From positions 124,001 through 188,000 of the forward strand of contig MCFH01000014.1 of the NCBI GenBank assembly GCA_002104945.1: a DNA stretch of 64,000 nucleotides, read 5' to 3'. A model generated the notes under the pieces. The model was not told the origin of the DNA. It ran no database searches and saw only the letters and a program-made list of their open reading frames with translations. This document shows, in pieces, positions 44,650-58,707 of the stretch. Each line of letters opens with the position of its first letter. Within the stretch, counting starts at the first letter, position 1. Both the position numbers and the translations under genes were made by a program. The stretch is from Piromyces finnis finn. Its lineage: Eukaryota; Fungi; Neocallimastigomycota.

Positions 44650-46221
44650 TTATTTCTTATTTTTCATTTTTATAAAATTTGGTCCAGGGAATGGTATAGG
44701 TCTATGAATATTACTTAAAATATCTAAATAGTTGACTTCCATTGAATGAGTTACTATAATAAAAAATAGTATTAAAAGAATTATAGGTTTAATATGTTTT
44801 AAATTATTTAATTTCTTAGTATATAAAAGGATAAGCATATAGAAATAGATATACTACATTAAAAGATATACATTATAAAGTTATATTAATAAATTAAACT
44901 TACAAATTCCATGTCTAATCATAAAGTCAATAATAACAATTCCACTATTACTTTTGAACTCATTATTTTTTAATCTCTTTATAATCTTTAATAAATAATG
45001 AATAAAACGTTAAAATTATAATTATAATATTAGCACTTTAAAATTCATTTAATTAATTTCATTCTTACTTCATCAAACTCCATTAAGTAAAAACCTTCAA
45101 CTTCATTATCATTTGGTTTTGGTTGGAATGAAGACGGTAATTTTAAATCAAATACGTACTGTGAATCAACTGATATACCTCTATTTTCAACAGATATATA
45201 GGTTACTGCACCACAAGGAACAACCTATTTTTATAAATTATTATTAAATAACATTTCAATTATTATTATTTTAATAATGTATAGTGAATTTAAAAAAAAA
45301 AAAAAAGAGTGGATTATCCTCAAATATTAAATTATTATTGGATAGTAAAATAAAAATAATTACTTGTTTTGAAATTTCATATGGCATACTGGCTTCTTCT
45401 AAGCATTCCTTAACAGCTGTTTCTGTTGGACTGTATGGGAATGATATACCACCAGCAACAATATTGTCTAATCTACCTGGGAAAGTCTGCTTATTAAAAC
45501 TTCTTTGAGCAATCCACATTTTTAATTTATGGGTTTCAGGATCTTCTACATAACCATTTATATGGCAACCATAAGATCTTAAACCAAACAATGCAATTCC
45601 AGATCTTTCAATATTAAATGCAATTTCATGATTACCATCAAAAATTGGATAGAGTTCATCTCTCCAACCTTTTAAACAACTAAATGTTTTATTATCCCTC
45701 CAATGAGTTAATAAATCATTCATAACTTTTCCTCTCTTTTCAAAAGTATTAACATTTTCAGAAAAAGTTACCTTATGAGCAGAAATAGAAAATGGCTTTT
45801 CATTTTTACCAAATGTTTTATTGTATTTTTTAAGTTGTTGAAATACATTATCTGGTATTATACCAAGCATAATAGTATCCAAGTAAAATGGAATTATTTT
45901 ATGAATATTTGAATCAAAATTATTATTGAGTTTAACTAATTCTAAAATTGAATGATTTATTCTCTCCAAGGTTTTAACTTTAGGACCATTAGTAGTATTT
46001 ATGTCTTTATTAATAGAACTTGCACTAAAAAATGATTTTTGCTTTTTAATATTGATAGCATTATCATTTTTAAATAATAAATTCGAAGAATTTAAATTTC
46101 TTTTTGTAATAGCTTTTACACTGGAATTGATATGTTTATTTAAAGAATTTGAAGAAATGGAAAGAAAATTGGAATGAAGAGGTAATATTAAATTTGAAAT
46201 TTTTGTTAATTGAGATGCCAT
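44650..46221 (-). CDS. Nudix hydrolase, YJR142W/thiamine-pyrophosphokinase-related type; exons 46221-45364, 45224-45069, 44985-44904, 44753-44650
   Basis: Motifs LTHWRDNKTF..LKGWRDELY, ERSGIALFGLRSYGCHINGY, WIAQRS..KQTFPGRLDNIVAGG, the Nudix-box-like KECLEEAS, and spliced EFKSNSGIVIIDFMIRHG and HRPIPFPGP. Confidence 0.9.
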
Positions 46222-46501
46222 TTTTTTTTTCTTTTATTATTGTTGTTGTTATGTTGTTTATATATGTATATATAACTTTTTTTTTATTTTATTTTTATTC
46301 CTGCTTTGTTTTTTTTTTATATATATTTGGAAATTTGAAATTGAAAACTTTTTTTTTATTGCTTTTATTTAAACTTTATTTTTTGCTTTTAATAAATATA
46401 TATTTTTATTATTATTTATATATAATTTATATAATTTTATTTATTAATATAAAAAATAATATATTAATAATTTTATTATTTTAAATTATAAAAATACATC
46501 A

Positions 46502-46502
46502 A

Positions 46503-46584
<82 letters not shown>

Positions 46585-46620
46585 ATTATTATTATTATTA
46601 TTATTATGATTATGATTATG
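46502..46620. repeat. Compound (ATT)n(GAT)n microsatellite upstream of the Nudix gene
   Basis: Seen directly. Confidence 0.9.
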
Positions 46621-47644
46621 GTTATTATAATTAAAAGAATTAAAATAAATATTATTTATTTAATAGTAAAACACTTAAATCTCTGATATATATATATACA
46701 ATAATACTAGTGTACAATTAAAACTTTTTATTAACCATGACATTTTCCACATAAATCCGTTTTTCCTTTTTTAATAGTTATTTTCTTTATATTTTCCAAC
46801 TATATAATAATAGCATGGTTTTGTGAAAAACTATAAATTAAAATAAATAAAAGAATAAATACTTATTAATACTACTTATTTAATTTGTAATGAATATCTA
46901 TCAATTATTCCTTTCTTCATCTCTATTGAAAAATATATTCGAAAAAAAGATAATTACAAAAATATATATATCTTAATTATTATAAAGTATGGTTTTAAAC
47001 AAGATTGTTACACCAATTTCAATATGAATCATCCATATTCCTTATAAAAATAATAATTGAATTGGATAAATATAAATATAAAAATTTTAGAGTCATTTTA
47101 ATAATAATATTAAAAAATGTATCACAAATCTAATAATAAAAATAAATTTAAAATTTTTAAAAATCGGAGTTTTTTTCATAATTATTATTATTTATATATA
47201 TTAAAGTATTAAAGCTATTCTCATTATATCATATTTTAGTAATTATATTTTTCCTATTTTTACTTTATTTATTTTAAAAAAAATTAAAGATAAAAAAAAT
47301 GCATATTAGTATTAATATTATATAAAGATTAAAATAAAATATACAATTCATAAAAGATAATTGATAAAAAAAAAAAAATTAAAATTAAATAATAATATTA
47401 GTAGTAATAACAAAAGAATGAAAATAAAATTAAACAAATGAATACTCGGTAGAACACTTCAAAATTATATAGTTTATCAAATATATTTTAATTTCGTACT
47501 GGAAAATTATCACTATACGTTATTCAAACACTATCCATCATCAAACCTATTATTACTCTTTTACTTTAAATATTCATAAATAAAAAAGTTTAGGAATAAC
47601 AACATTTATTGGAAGAATAACAAATTTAATATTGATATATAAAG

Positions 47645-50359
47645 ATGTTTCGTAAACTCCCTGATAAAAATAAATTAATCAATAATAACAAAAATAACAC
47701 TATATCAAATTCATATCAAAATGATAATAATGAATTTGTTTATATTGATAATGTTAATCAAGTGTTGGATTTGAGAAGACTTTCTATTGATACGGCCACT
47801 ACTTCAAGTGGCCTAAAAGTTAATAATAATATAAATAATCAATATCAAAATGTAAAGTATAATGGAGGAGGTGGAGATTATTCAACCTATGGAAGCTATC
47901 GAAGTTATAGTATGCAAATGAACTATAATAGTGGTTATGATAGTGCATCAAATAATACTATTACAGGATATGATATGAATGATGGCTATAATAACTATAG
48001 TAATAATTCTGCCTATAATAATAACAATAATAATAATAATGGAGCTATTGTTAATGAAAATAAAGAAAATACTATCAGTGAATGGATTTTATACAATAAT
48101 CGTCAAGAATTTTATAATCGTGTCGATAATAATCAAAATTTTAATAATGAATATCAAAGTAATGAAGGAAAATATTACAACTACAGTAATTATAGTAGTA
48201 GTTCCTACATGAAAAATAATTTTCAACAAATCCCTAATTCAGGAATGCAATATTCTGGAATTGTTAGTGAAAGACATTCTATCCCGTATTACGAAACCCT
48301 TCCAATTCCAATATACACTTCAAATGCTATGGAAAAAAATGACGATAATACTTCTTTTGAAAATCATTATTCTTCCGTTTTCGACGATAATGCTAATTCA
48401 ATTCAAGAAAAATACACTTTAACTTCAAAACCAGAATCCTCCTATTCTTCTTTAACTAATCCAAACCCAATGTTAACTTCAACCAATAACTACCTCTATA
48501 GTAGTAACAATAATAATAATAGCAATAATACCAACAACAACAATACTACTACCACCACTACCACTACCATTCCTAATTATTTCCATTCAACCGAGTCTAA
48601 ACCGCTTACTATTGTAACAAAAAAGAATAATGATGAGGAAATTGATAATTATGATAATAGTTACAGTACTAGATATAGTGCATCTAAACCTCTACTTAAT
48701 TCTTATTCTAATCCTAGTTATTTAAGTAATTCCTACACTCCTATCTCTTATAATAATAATACAATGGAATATAGAAAAAAGAGAGTATCTATTAGTTCAC
48801 GTTCTAGTAGTTCACAAAATTATCCTATTGTCATTACCACCTCACGACAAAGTAATTTGAATTCAAGATACCCTTATTCTACAGTTGTTGAAGGCTCAAC
48901 CTCTCCTCTTTCCAAACAAAGATATAATTATGATTATCAATATCAAAGATCGGTTCCTTCCACTTCCTATTATAATGAAACAGCTGTGGAATCTAATGAA
49001 AGTTTTAATGATTCCGGTGCTGAACATAATATGGAAGATAATCCTTCTTCTTCTGATAATGAAAAATTTATTGAAGAAGAGGAGGAAGAAGAAGATCAAG
49101 AAATAAAAGATGAATATACATCATTAGAAAATAAAGGTAAAAATGAATCAGGGGATATAAATAATAAAAATGACGAAAGGGAGGATGAAGAAAATGAACA
49201 GAATATTGAAAATATAAAACATCTTGAAGATTTAGAGATAACGGATAAAACAAAAGAAAATTTATATAAAGCTAAATCTTCAACTTCCTCTTCTCCAAAT
49301 ACTATGCTAAAAAGCAATAGTTTTTCAAAAACAAGATCATACAAAAGGAGTAGTTTCTTTAGTCAAGTCATTGAATCAAATAATTTTAAATGTCCTTGGC
49401 CAGACTGTGAACAATCTTTTGCCAGTGTAACCTTATTAAATGCGCATGAAATTTATTCACATGGTACACCTTATCCACCTTATCCATTGCCTCAACCAAC
49501 CTATGCTGAATTAACCGATGCAAGACATCGTCTTTTATGGCATATTAAAAATAATATTAGTACTAATCCTTTAAATATCTATAATTCTAACTACTGTTCA
49601 AGTGTTCAATCTCCCAGTAGTTCTATATACTCTTCTGATAGTCCATGTAGTAATAATTTTGCAAAACCACCAAATTCTGCTTCTTCCTTTAAATCTTATG
49701 AATCTTCTAGTACTTTTACAGAAACGAAAAACACACCAGAAGAATCAAATCCTAACTCTGAAAAGGATGAAAATAAGGAAAAATCCAATGAAAAGAAATC
49801 TACCACTCCAGAAGAAACAAATAAACAAAATGAAAATCATATTATTAAAAAGATTTCTAAAATGAAAGAAAACATACCCCATCTTAATATTGAAAATATC
49901 CCGCTAAATAATCGTCAAAGCAAATCAAGTCTTGAAAGTAAAAATACCTCCAGAAAATATACCCAGTCTCTCTCTTCCACTAGTGCCACGATGCAATCCT
50001 TAAGAGTTCAAATTAAAGTAGATATAAAAGAACATTTATTCCATTATTTATTTACACCCTATATTAGATATTCCCATTATACAAAATCTTATAGTTGTTT
50101 CTTTGACGGTATTCAAGGTCGATCGATCGTCGGTGAAATATTAGAAGACCCTGATTGGGATATTCGATGTGAAGATGAATACAGTGTCAGTTACATAAAA
50201 ATGGTGGAAGGATCACGAGATGCTGGAATTCTATTTTCATGGGAAAGGAAAAAAGTGGATGAATGGTTTCCACCTTCTGATGATGAAAATGAAAGGCCAA
50301 CTTTATATAATGATATTGTTACAATAAATTTTGTAGTTGCAAGCACAAAAAAAAGATAA
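47645..50359 (+). CDS. 904-aa low-complexity protein with a single C2H2 zinc finger and an unassigned ~120-aa C-terminal globular domain
   Basis: CPWPDCEQSFASVTLLNAHEIYSH. Asn/Ser/Tyr-rich N-terminus and acidic middle. Intronless ORF from ATG 47645. Confidence 0.8.
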   Translation: MFRKLPDKNKLINNNKNNTISNSYQNDNNEFVYIDNVNQVLDLRRLSIDTATTSSGLKVNNNINNQYQNVKYNGGGGDYSTYGSYRSYSMQMNYNSGYDSASNNTITGYDMNDGYNNYSNNSAYNNNNNNNNGAIVNENKENTISEWILYNNRQEFYNRVDNNQNFNNEYQSNEGKYYNYSNYSSSSYMKNNFQQIPNSGMQYSGIVSERHSIPYYETLPIPIYTSNAMEKNDDNTSFENHYSSVFDDNANSIQEKYTLTSKPESSYSSLTNPNPMLTSTNNYLYSSNNNNNSNNTNNNNTTTTTTTTIPNYFHSTESKPLTIVTKKNNDEEIDNYDNSYSTRYSASKPLLNSYSNPSYLSNSYTPISYNNNTMEYRKKRVSISSRSSSSQNYPIVITTSRQSNLNSRYPYSTVVEGSTSPLSKQRYNYDYQYQRSVPSTSYYNETAVESNESFNDSGAEHNMEDNPSSSDNEKFIEEEEEEEDQEIKDEYTSLENKGKNESGDINNKNDEREDEENEQNIENIKHLEDLEITDKTKENLYKAKSSTSSSPNTMLKSNSFSKTRSYKRSSFFSQVIESNNFKCPWPDCEQSFASVTLLNAHEIYSHGTPYPPYPLPQPTYAELTDARHRLLWHIKNNISTNPLNIYNSNYCSSVQSPSSSIYSSDSPCSNNFAKPPNSASSFKSYESSSTFTETKNTPEESNPNSEKDENKEKSNEKKSTTPEETNKQNENHIIKKISKMKENIPHLNIENIPLNNRQSKSSLESKNTSRKYTQSLSSTSATMQSLRVQIKVDIKEHLFHYLFTPYIRYSHYTKSYSCFFDGIQGRSIVGEILEDPDWDIRCEDEYSVSYIKMVEGSRDAGILFSWERKKVDEWFPPSDDENERPTLYNDIVTINFVVASTKKR

Positions 50360-52687
50360 TAATAATAATAGTAATAAGGAAATAGATACATATACAAATT
50401 TAAATTTACTAATTATTATTAAAACAAAAAATAAAAAAAAATATTATTCATTGTCAATACTATTCTATTTATTATTGAAAAAAAAAAAAAAAAAAAAAAA
50501 AAAAGAGAGAGAGAATGAAAGGATATATTGTAGTAATATGAGTTATAATATAATAAACGTTTTTTTTTTACATTATATGATTTAATAACAATTCAAATGT
50601 AAATTAAAATTATTAATCAAATAAAAAGAAACTTTTTAATTAAAAACCACGTTATTTTGAAATATAAATATTTACTATTTATTATTATTAATAATAATAT
50701 TATTATTATTATATTGTTATTTTGCATTTTTAATTATAATTTTATTATATTACTATCATATAAATTATAAAATACATTTACATTATCAACAACTTTAATA
50801 AATATATTTATAAAATGGTAATACATTTGATATTTTGAAATTTATGCAATGTTTTATATTATAATTTTTTTTATAGAAAAAAATTATAACTTTAATTTGT
50901 TATTGCATAAATACAATAGTTATATTTTCTTTTTACATTTTAAAATTATATTGTGTGTTTAATGAATTATTTATAAAATATCAATGATGGGTATAGTTTT
51001 ATAATTATTAATTATTCATTTTACCTACGACTTTTATTAGAATTTTAAAGTTTTCTTTTCTTCAATATTATGTATAAGGGTTAATTTTCTTTTCATTATA
51101 TTTTTACTATGTTAAAAAATTAATAATTTTTGGAAAATTAACTTTTATATAAAATAATTAACTTAAACATCATAGTCTTCATATATTAGCAGTGGAACAG
51201 ATACCATTTCATTCATTTTTTAGCATTCAATTATAATGAAAATAACCGTTGGAAATCCATAAAACTTTGTATCATTTGCAGCTTCCAAGTTTCCTTTCCT
51301 ATGTAGCTATTGATGTGGTGATTTTTTTTAAATTTTTTAATATTAAATTTTAATCTATATAAATATGGTATCTTTTTTTTAAATTAAAAATATTTTTTTG
51401 TTTTTTTTTTTACTTAATATATTGTATAATATAAATATTTTAATCACTTCTATATATTAATGTACATTTTTAATTTACATATAACATCTCACATTATATT
51501 CAAATATATTATGATAATATACTATAATGTATTGATAATATATTATGATTTTAAAGTCTATCAATGGTGCACAAAAATATATTGGATTGCTTAATCAATA
51601 TATTATATTACTTTTTAATTTTTATAGTATTCAATTATAATACTAGGAGATTAATATAATAATATATTATATTTAATATATTACAAGTAAATTTAAAATT
51701 ACATATATACAGAAAAGTAAAAAAAAAATTTTTATATAATTTTGAAAAAGATAACTTTTTTTTATAAAATAATATGAAAAATAATATGAAAAAAAAAAGG
51801 TCTATAGTTAAGAAAAAGAATGAATATGTTTTTTTATTTCTTTCTATTAACATTAGAAATATAAATAAATCATAGTAAGTTTTCATATTTTTTTATTTAA
51901 ATTTATGGCAAGTGTTTTACAAATTTTATAAATATAAATTAATTTAATAATATTAAAATTTATATATTAAATATACATTACATGATTACATGGTTTATAT
52001 TAAAAAAAAATATTAATATATATTAAAATATAAGAAAAGAAAAATTTAATCTTTATAAAAGAAAGAAAATTTCACAAAAATTTAATTATTACCACTTTTT
52101 ATTTTTATTTTTTTTTATAATAGAATTATATCCTTTGAAGTGTATTATAATAATAATAATAAATTTTGAAATTTTGAAATTTTGAAATTAACAGTTATAT
52201 ATGCTATATAAAATATAACATATAAAAAAAGTATAAAAAAGACATATATAAGAAGCTAAAAAAACAAAGCAAAATCAAAAATAAAACCAAATATTTGACA
52301 TAGTATAATTTATTTTTTTTAATAGAAATATTAATATAAAGTTAAATTCATTTAAATAATTTTTCTTTATAACATTCAGTAGTGTAGTAATAAATAATTA
52401 ATCTTTAATTTTATCTTATTTTAATAACAAAAGGAAAAATACAACAACTATCAAATAATAATAGATAAAATGAATTAAAGATTAAAATTTTAAAAATAAG
52501 AATTAATTCAATAATTTTTTATTTTTATATATATACACCCCACACCTTCATCACTATATATAAAATAAAAAACTTTTTTTTATAATATTTACTAAGCAAC
52601 TAATTAATAAATATTAAAACAAAAATAATTAAAATAATTTAATATTGACAAATAAATAAATTACATTTTTGAATTAATAATATAAAA

Positions 52688-55600
52688 ATGAAGTTAAAGG
52701 ATATTAAAGGTGTTTTTGGATCTAAAAAGGGAAATCAATTAAAAATTAGATCCAGAAAGGACAAGAGTCTTAAAAAGAAATTAACTAGTTCTATGTCAAG
52801 AAAATTGACTAGAATGAATGGTATAATTTGTGATCCTTCAAAATCTACTGATTTAGAAACAGAGCTGACTCTCTCCCCAGCAATTACAGTACATTATACT
52901 TCAAAAATTGTCGATGTTGCAAAAGTTATGTCAGTGAAAGATAATACTACTTGTGTATTAGTTATTGATGATCGTGGTCAATTATGTGGTAAGTAATTAG
53001 AATAATAAATAAAATTTAAAATAATATATTAGATTTTTTCAAGAATTCAACAAATTTTAAATTTAAAATATCTTCATATATATTAAAATATAAAAAAAAT
53101 TTTTTTCAACTTTTTAAAAATATATATATATAAATGTAATGAAAAGGTATTTTAACGGACAAAGATATTGTTTTCCGTGTATTGGCAACAGGCATGGATC
53201 CAAAAAGAACAGCTGTTCATACTGTTATGACTGCTGTAAGTTCATTATCATATAGTTATTATTAAAACAATTCATATTATAAATTCTTGCCCTATTGGAA
53301 TGAAAAATTATTAATAATATAAATAATATTATATCCTTTTTTTTAAAAAAAAATATTATGTTTATAGAACCCTGTTACAGCAACATTAGAAACAGCTAAA
53401 AAGGTTGCAATGCAAGCCATTTATACCGGGGCTTTTTGGCATATTCCAATTATCAATGATAGTGATTCATCCTCAGTAGTAAAAACCAATATTATCGGTA
53501 TGATTAATTTAAATGAATTATTTGGAAGAGATATTGTTGAAAAACTTCAACAAACTCCTTCATTTATGGAATTTTCATCCGTTCCATCAAATAGTGAAGT
53601 AAGTTTTGCCAATAGATCTATGTATTCCGAAATTGATATGATATCAAGATATGAAGAAATAAGACAACAAAAATTAACTGTAGTTTTGGACCAACACGAA
53701 GAAAGTCCACCAGAAGTAAGTACAGGATAAATAGGATAGATGATATATAGAATGGAAAATAAAATTAAAATATTAATAAATATGTATTAACCTTTTTTTT
53801 TTCTTTGTAAAACCAATTCCTTTATTCAATTTAAATTAAAGATTGATGGGAAAATGAATGTATCAATTGCCTCAAATATTATGAAAATTTATAAAAAAGG
53901 TGCTGTTATTGTATGTGATACAGATACTAGATCATTATTGGGTATTTTAACAACTCAAGATTTAATTTTAAGAGTTGTTGCTGCTGGCAGATACCCAACT
54001 TCAACCTCAGCTAAAAGTGTTATGACACCAAATCCACCAGTTGTTAATCCAAATAAACAAGTTTCAAAAACTCTTCAATACATGTTAGATAATAAATATA
54101 AATATATTGTTATTGGAGCTGATTTAAAGATTACAGGAATTGTTGATATTTTAGAGGTTACAAGAGCTGCTTTACAACAAGTAAATAAAATAGATAAATA
54201 AATAAAATCTAGAAATTTAGCATATTTTAAAATTATTATACTAATAATTTTAAAAATAATTTTTTATAAATATTTCGTATATAGTTACAAGATCGTGATG
54301 AAATCGAAGAAGATGCTAAATCAAGAAGATCATTTAGTGAAGATGGTAGTAGTTATTATGAAACAAGTAGTAGATTAATTCATAAATCTTCCAGATCTTC
54401 TTTCCAAAGTTTTGATGACAATGATAAAGCTAGAAATATTAATCAATTAAAAGCTAATTTGTTAAAGGAAGAATCCCATTTACCAGAAAATATATTAGGT
54501 AATATTTCTGATGAAGAAGATAGAAATGAAATTAATCCATCTACCATATTACCAAGGGATATTTCATTAATGAATAATATAATAACAGAAACCATACCAG
54601 AGATCGATGAAGAAAAAGAATCAGAAAATAATCGTATATTGGACAAATTGAATAGTCCTTCCAACGAATTATACGATATCATTGAGGATACAAACAATAT
54701 TACTGAGCCAACAACAATGGAATCCTCTGAACAACCATTTATTGAAGATGAAATCCAACAATATAATAATGAAGAAATACAAAATAATTTACCTGTAATA
54801 GAAATTAAATTAGATCCTGATATGGATGCTCAACAACAGTCTCCTATTGAAACAAATAATTATGATATTGAACAAAACACCAAATCAAACGAAATCGAAT
54901 TAAACAGTGATGATCAAGTTGCTTCACAGGATATGATGGAAACTGATCATCAACAAGTTGTTGAATCCAACAAAAATGAAAATATTAATGAAATTATTTT
55001 ACCAGATGAAATTGAAGATCATATTAATGAAATTATTGAAAACAGTGTAATTATCACTAATCAAAATGAAATTACTAAGCCAAATAAAGATACCGAACCA
55101 AATATTGATGATAATGGAATAATAGTATCAGAAGAAAGTAAAACAACAGTAGATGAAATCATTGAATCAAATAAAATTAAAGAAACAAATAATAATATTG
55201 AATCAAATGAAATAGAAGTTAATATAGATAATAATATAATAATTTCATCAAACAATAATGAAGTTTTACAAAATGAAAATATTTTGGAAGATATTAATGG
55301 TATTAAACCAGAAGATCTTATAGAGATTAATAATGATGCTAATGAATATGAAAATGTTGAAATTAATAATGTTAATGAATATGAAAATGTTGTGACTGAA
55401 AATAATTTAGAATTACAAGACATTAACATGAATGATGATCAATTTAAAGATATTCCAATTTCCGTACCAGAACTTATTGTTAGCGATGAAGATGCAAACG
55501 TTCAAATCGGTCAGGAACAAGTTCAATCTTCATTAACAAATGATGATATATTAACAAATGATGATATGGAACCAATTAGCAATATTCCAAGAGAACTTGC

Positions 55601-57332
55601 AATGATTGAAGAAAGTATTAATCAATATAATATGAATAAATTAGCAGTACCTTCCACTTTAAATAATTCACAAAACATTAAAAAGGATGTTGCAACTTTT
55701 GATGCTCTTCTTGAAATTGAAGTTAACGACGAAGGTATTCATAATAGTGTTCATTGTAATAACACTTATTATGATATGGATAACTTTGTTGTCACAAATA
55801 ATAATATTTTTGATGATTCTGAAAAAGAAGTATCTGATGAAGCTAAAAAACTTGTTGAAAACATTATTAACTCACAATCAGATGGCATTACCGCCGATGA
55901 AGTCTTCACAGAAAATGGAAATGATAATGCCACTGAAGATGATAATCACATCAATAATTTGGATATCATCAAAGAAGAAGAACCTGTTCTAATTCCTACA
56001 AATGAACCAGAATTTATTAGTAGTGTTTCTAACCCAGAAATTAAATTTGATGAAAATCAATATGCTAATTCAAGCGAAAGTGAATTTACCAATAATAATC
56101 TTAAATCTTCTGATAATCTTGAAAATAACAATAATGAAATATATGATCTTTCAACTATTATGCCATCATCCCCACCAATGCCTATTAATAATTACCAAGA
56201 TAAAATCATACCAACATTAGATTTGAATGACTCTATGGAAAAAGAAACTAGTAGTTTAAAGAGTCATGAAATACATGGTAGTCTTCATAGTAGTCTTCAG
56301 GATCAAGACTCTTTCAATATGAATCATCACGAAATTGCCAGTATTCAAAGTCACGATTTTAGTAGAAATAATGATTTTATTCCTATTCGTAATAGTATTC
56401 ATATGGAAGAAGATTTATCCTCAACCTTACATCCAACCGCCGGAATAGATGATAATAGTAAAGACAAGGATGATGATGCAAAGAGTGCTATCATGGAAAC
56501 GATTGCTTTAGACAGTGATAGTAATATAGTTTTAGATCATAATCAAGAACAAAACCCTGTTATTGAAAGAGGTAATCTTATTGAATTCCAAAAGGAAGAT
56601 GAACAAAAGAATAAAAATACACCTAAATCAGTATTAGAATATATTCGTCAAATTGTTACCCCAAATGTCATTTCTCATATATTCAAATACAGTCTTGATA
56701 AATCACAATTAGATGATGCTTATTCTATGGATGACAATTCTACAACAATGTTGGTAAAACGAGTTGTTGGTGGTCGTGATTTGTATGATGAAGAGGAAAG
56801 AAGATACGAAGATAGAGATGATTCTTCTTCTACTGCTTTATATCCATCTCAATACATGAATACATCACAAAAGAGAGTATCTTTATCAAGATTAGCAGCC
56901 ACACAATCTATTATAAAAGAAGAAGATTTATTATTAAAATGTTTTGATCAAGAAACCGAACAAATCTATAGAATTAATTATAATAACACTTCTAAATTTA
57001 AAGATATTGTTGATACTATTATTAAAAAGAGTGAAATTGAAGATCGTGACACTTTATTATTTGGATACCTTGATGAAGATCGTGATTTCATAAAAATTGA
57101 AACAGAAGAAGATTTCCTTCAAGGTATATGGCTTGCTCGTAAATTATTATGGGGAAGACTTCTTATTGTTATAAAACGTAAACATAAACCTTCTTTAATG
57201 AATATATTACCTTGGAGTAATCGTACCGCCGCTAACAATGCAAATAATGAACAAGGCAATTGGTTAAGTAATGCTATGCTTATTGGTGTAGGTATTGCAG
57301 CAACCTTGGCAGTCAAGAAAATTTCTTCTTAG
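52688..57332 (+). CDS. CBS-CBS-PB1 tail-anchored protein (Mug70/CBSCBSPB-like); exons 52688-52988, 53147-53235, 53368-53715, 53842-54180, 54285-57332
   Basis: CBS motifs LVIDDRGQLCGILTDKDIVFRV and LLGILTTQDLILRVV...SVMTPNP. PB1 signature GYLDEDRDFIKIETEEDF. C-terminal TM segment AMLIGVGIAATLAVKK. All junctions are GT-AG and in frame. Confidence 0.88.
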
Positions 57333-57350
57333 AGTTATAAGTAGTATAAG

Positions 57351-57387
<37 letters not shown>

Positions 57388-58646
57388 GAGGCACCTTTTA
57401 ATTTATTTCTTCGTTTGTTAATTTCTTAATTTTATAATTTATTATCACTCACCTTTTAATACAATATATCCAATTATTTTTTTTATAACCATTAATTTAC
57501 AACGCAACGAAAGTAAAAAATATATACAATATATTATATAGTTAATCATTCTATCTTTGTAGATTTTTAATAAAAACAATTACTGAAAATATAAAAAAAA
57601 AAAAATTCAGTTAAATTAGTAATAATTTTTTTTAACTTTATATTTGAATAGTCAATAATTCCTTCATTTTACTTATATATATACAATATCATAATAAATA
57701 ATTTTAGAATTCATATACATTCACATTTTCACTTACACATACCACTTGAAAACTATAGTAAAAAAAATAAATTACAATATATTTAAAAAAAAAAATCAAA
57801 AAAAGAGATATAATTCAATATTTTTTTTTTATTCAAAAACAAAAAACTTATAAAAAAAAAAATCAAGGTACACTTTGAAAGAAAAATTTTTTAAAAAAAA
57901 TACGAATTTTGAAAGTAATTATAAAAAGAAAAATTATAGTGAATATATCATCATCGTCACTTTTAATTATCAATTTAAATAAAATAAAAATAAATGAATA
58001 AAAAAAACATTAATAATAAAAAGAAGCTTATATATATTTTTATAGAAATAAGATGTAAATAAGCAACAAGCATTTGTAAAACTTTTACAACTACAATTTT
58101 AAAGCAAAACAAAGTAAAAGTAAAAAAAAGTAATAAATAAATAAATATATACTAAAAAAATAAAAAAATAAAAATAAAAAAAATAATAATATCATCCACA
58201 TCTCTTAATTAAAAATAATAATAAATAATAATAAATAATAATAATAATAATAAAAAATAATAAAATAAAATAAAATAAAAAAGTATAATCACATTTATTA
58301 TCAATTGTATATATATAATTTCAATAACCAAATATAAATTTAAAATTCTATCTAGTTAGAATAAATTCTATTTATACAATAACAAAATAATATTTTCGTA
58401 ACGTCAAAACCACACTATTTATATAATTTATATTTAAAAAAAGTTTTTTTTTTTTTTTTAAACCTTTTTTTTAATCTTCAAATTTTAATTATTTTTTTTT
58501 TTTTTCTTTCTAAAAAGTAATAACATATCGTATATAGTAAAAAAAAAAAAAAAAAATCTTGAATTAATAATAAAATCAATAAAAGAAATAAAAGAAATTT
58601 CATTATAGTTCATATTTAAAGATATTTTTTTTTGTGTGTTCATTTT

Positions 58647-58677
<31 letters not shown>

Positions 58678-58707
58678 TTTTTCATTATTATTTATTTATT
58701 TATTTAA

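Noticed and set aside
46149-46484. Hydrophobic ORFs in AT-rich intergenic DNA (also 14294, 22172, 22396, 50337, 51635, 62441)
   Set aside because: Phe/Ile/Lys/Tyr-rich translations of homopolymer tracts or of the poly(T) insertion, with no coding signal.
51230-51310. Thioredoxin-like fragment (KFYGFPTVIF) on the minus strand
   Set aside because: Very short, bounded by stops, with no CxxC motif or convincing splice sites.
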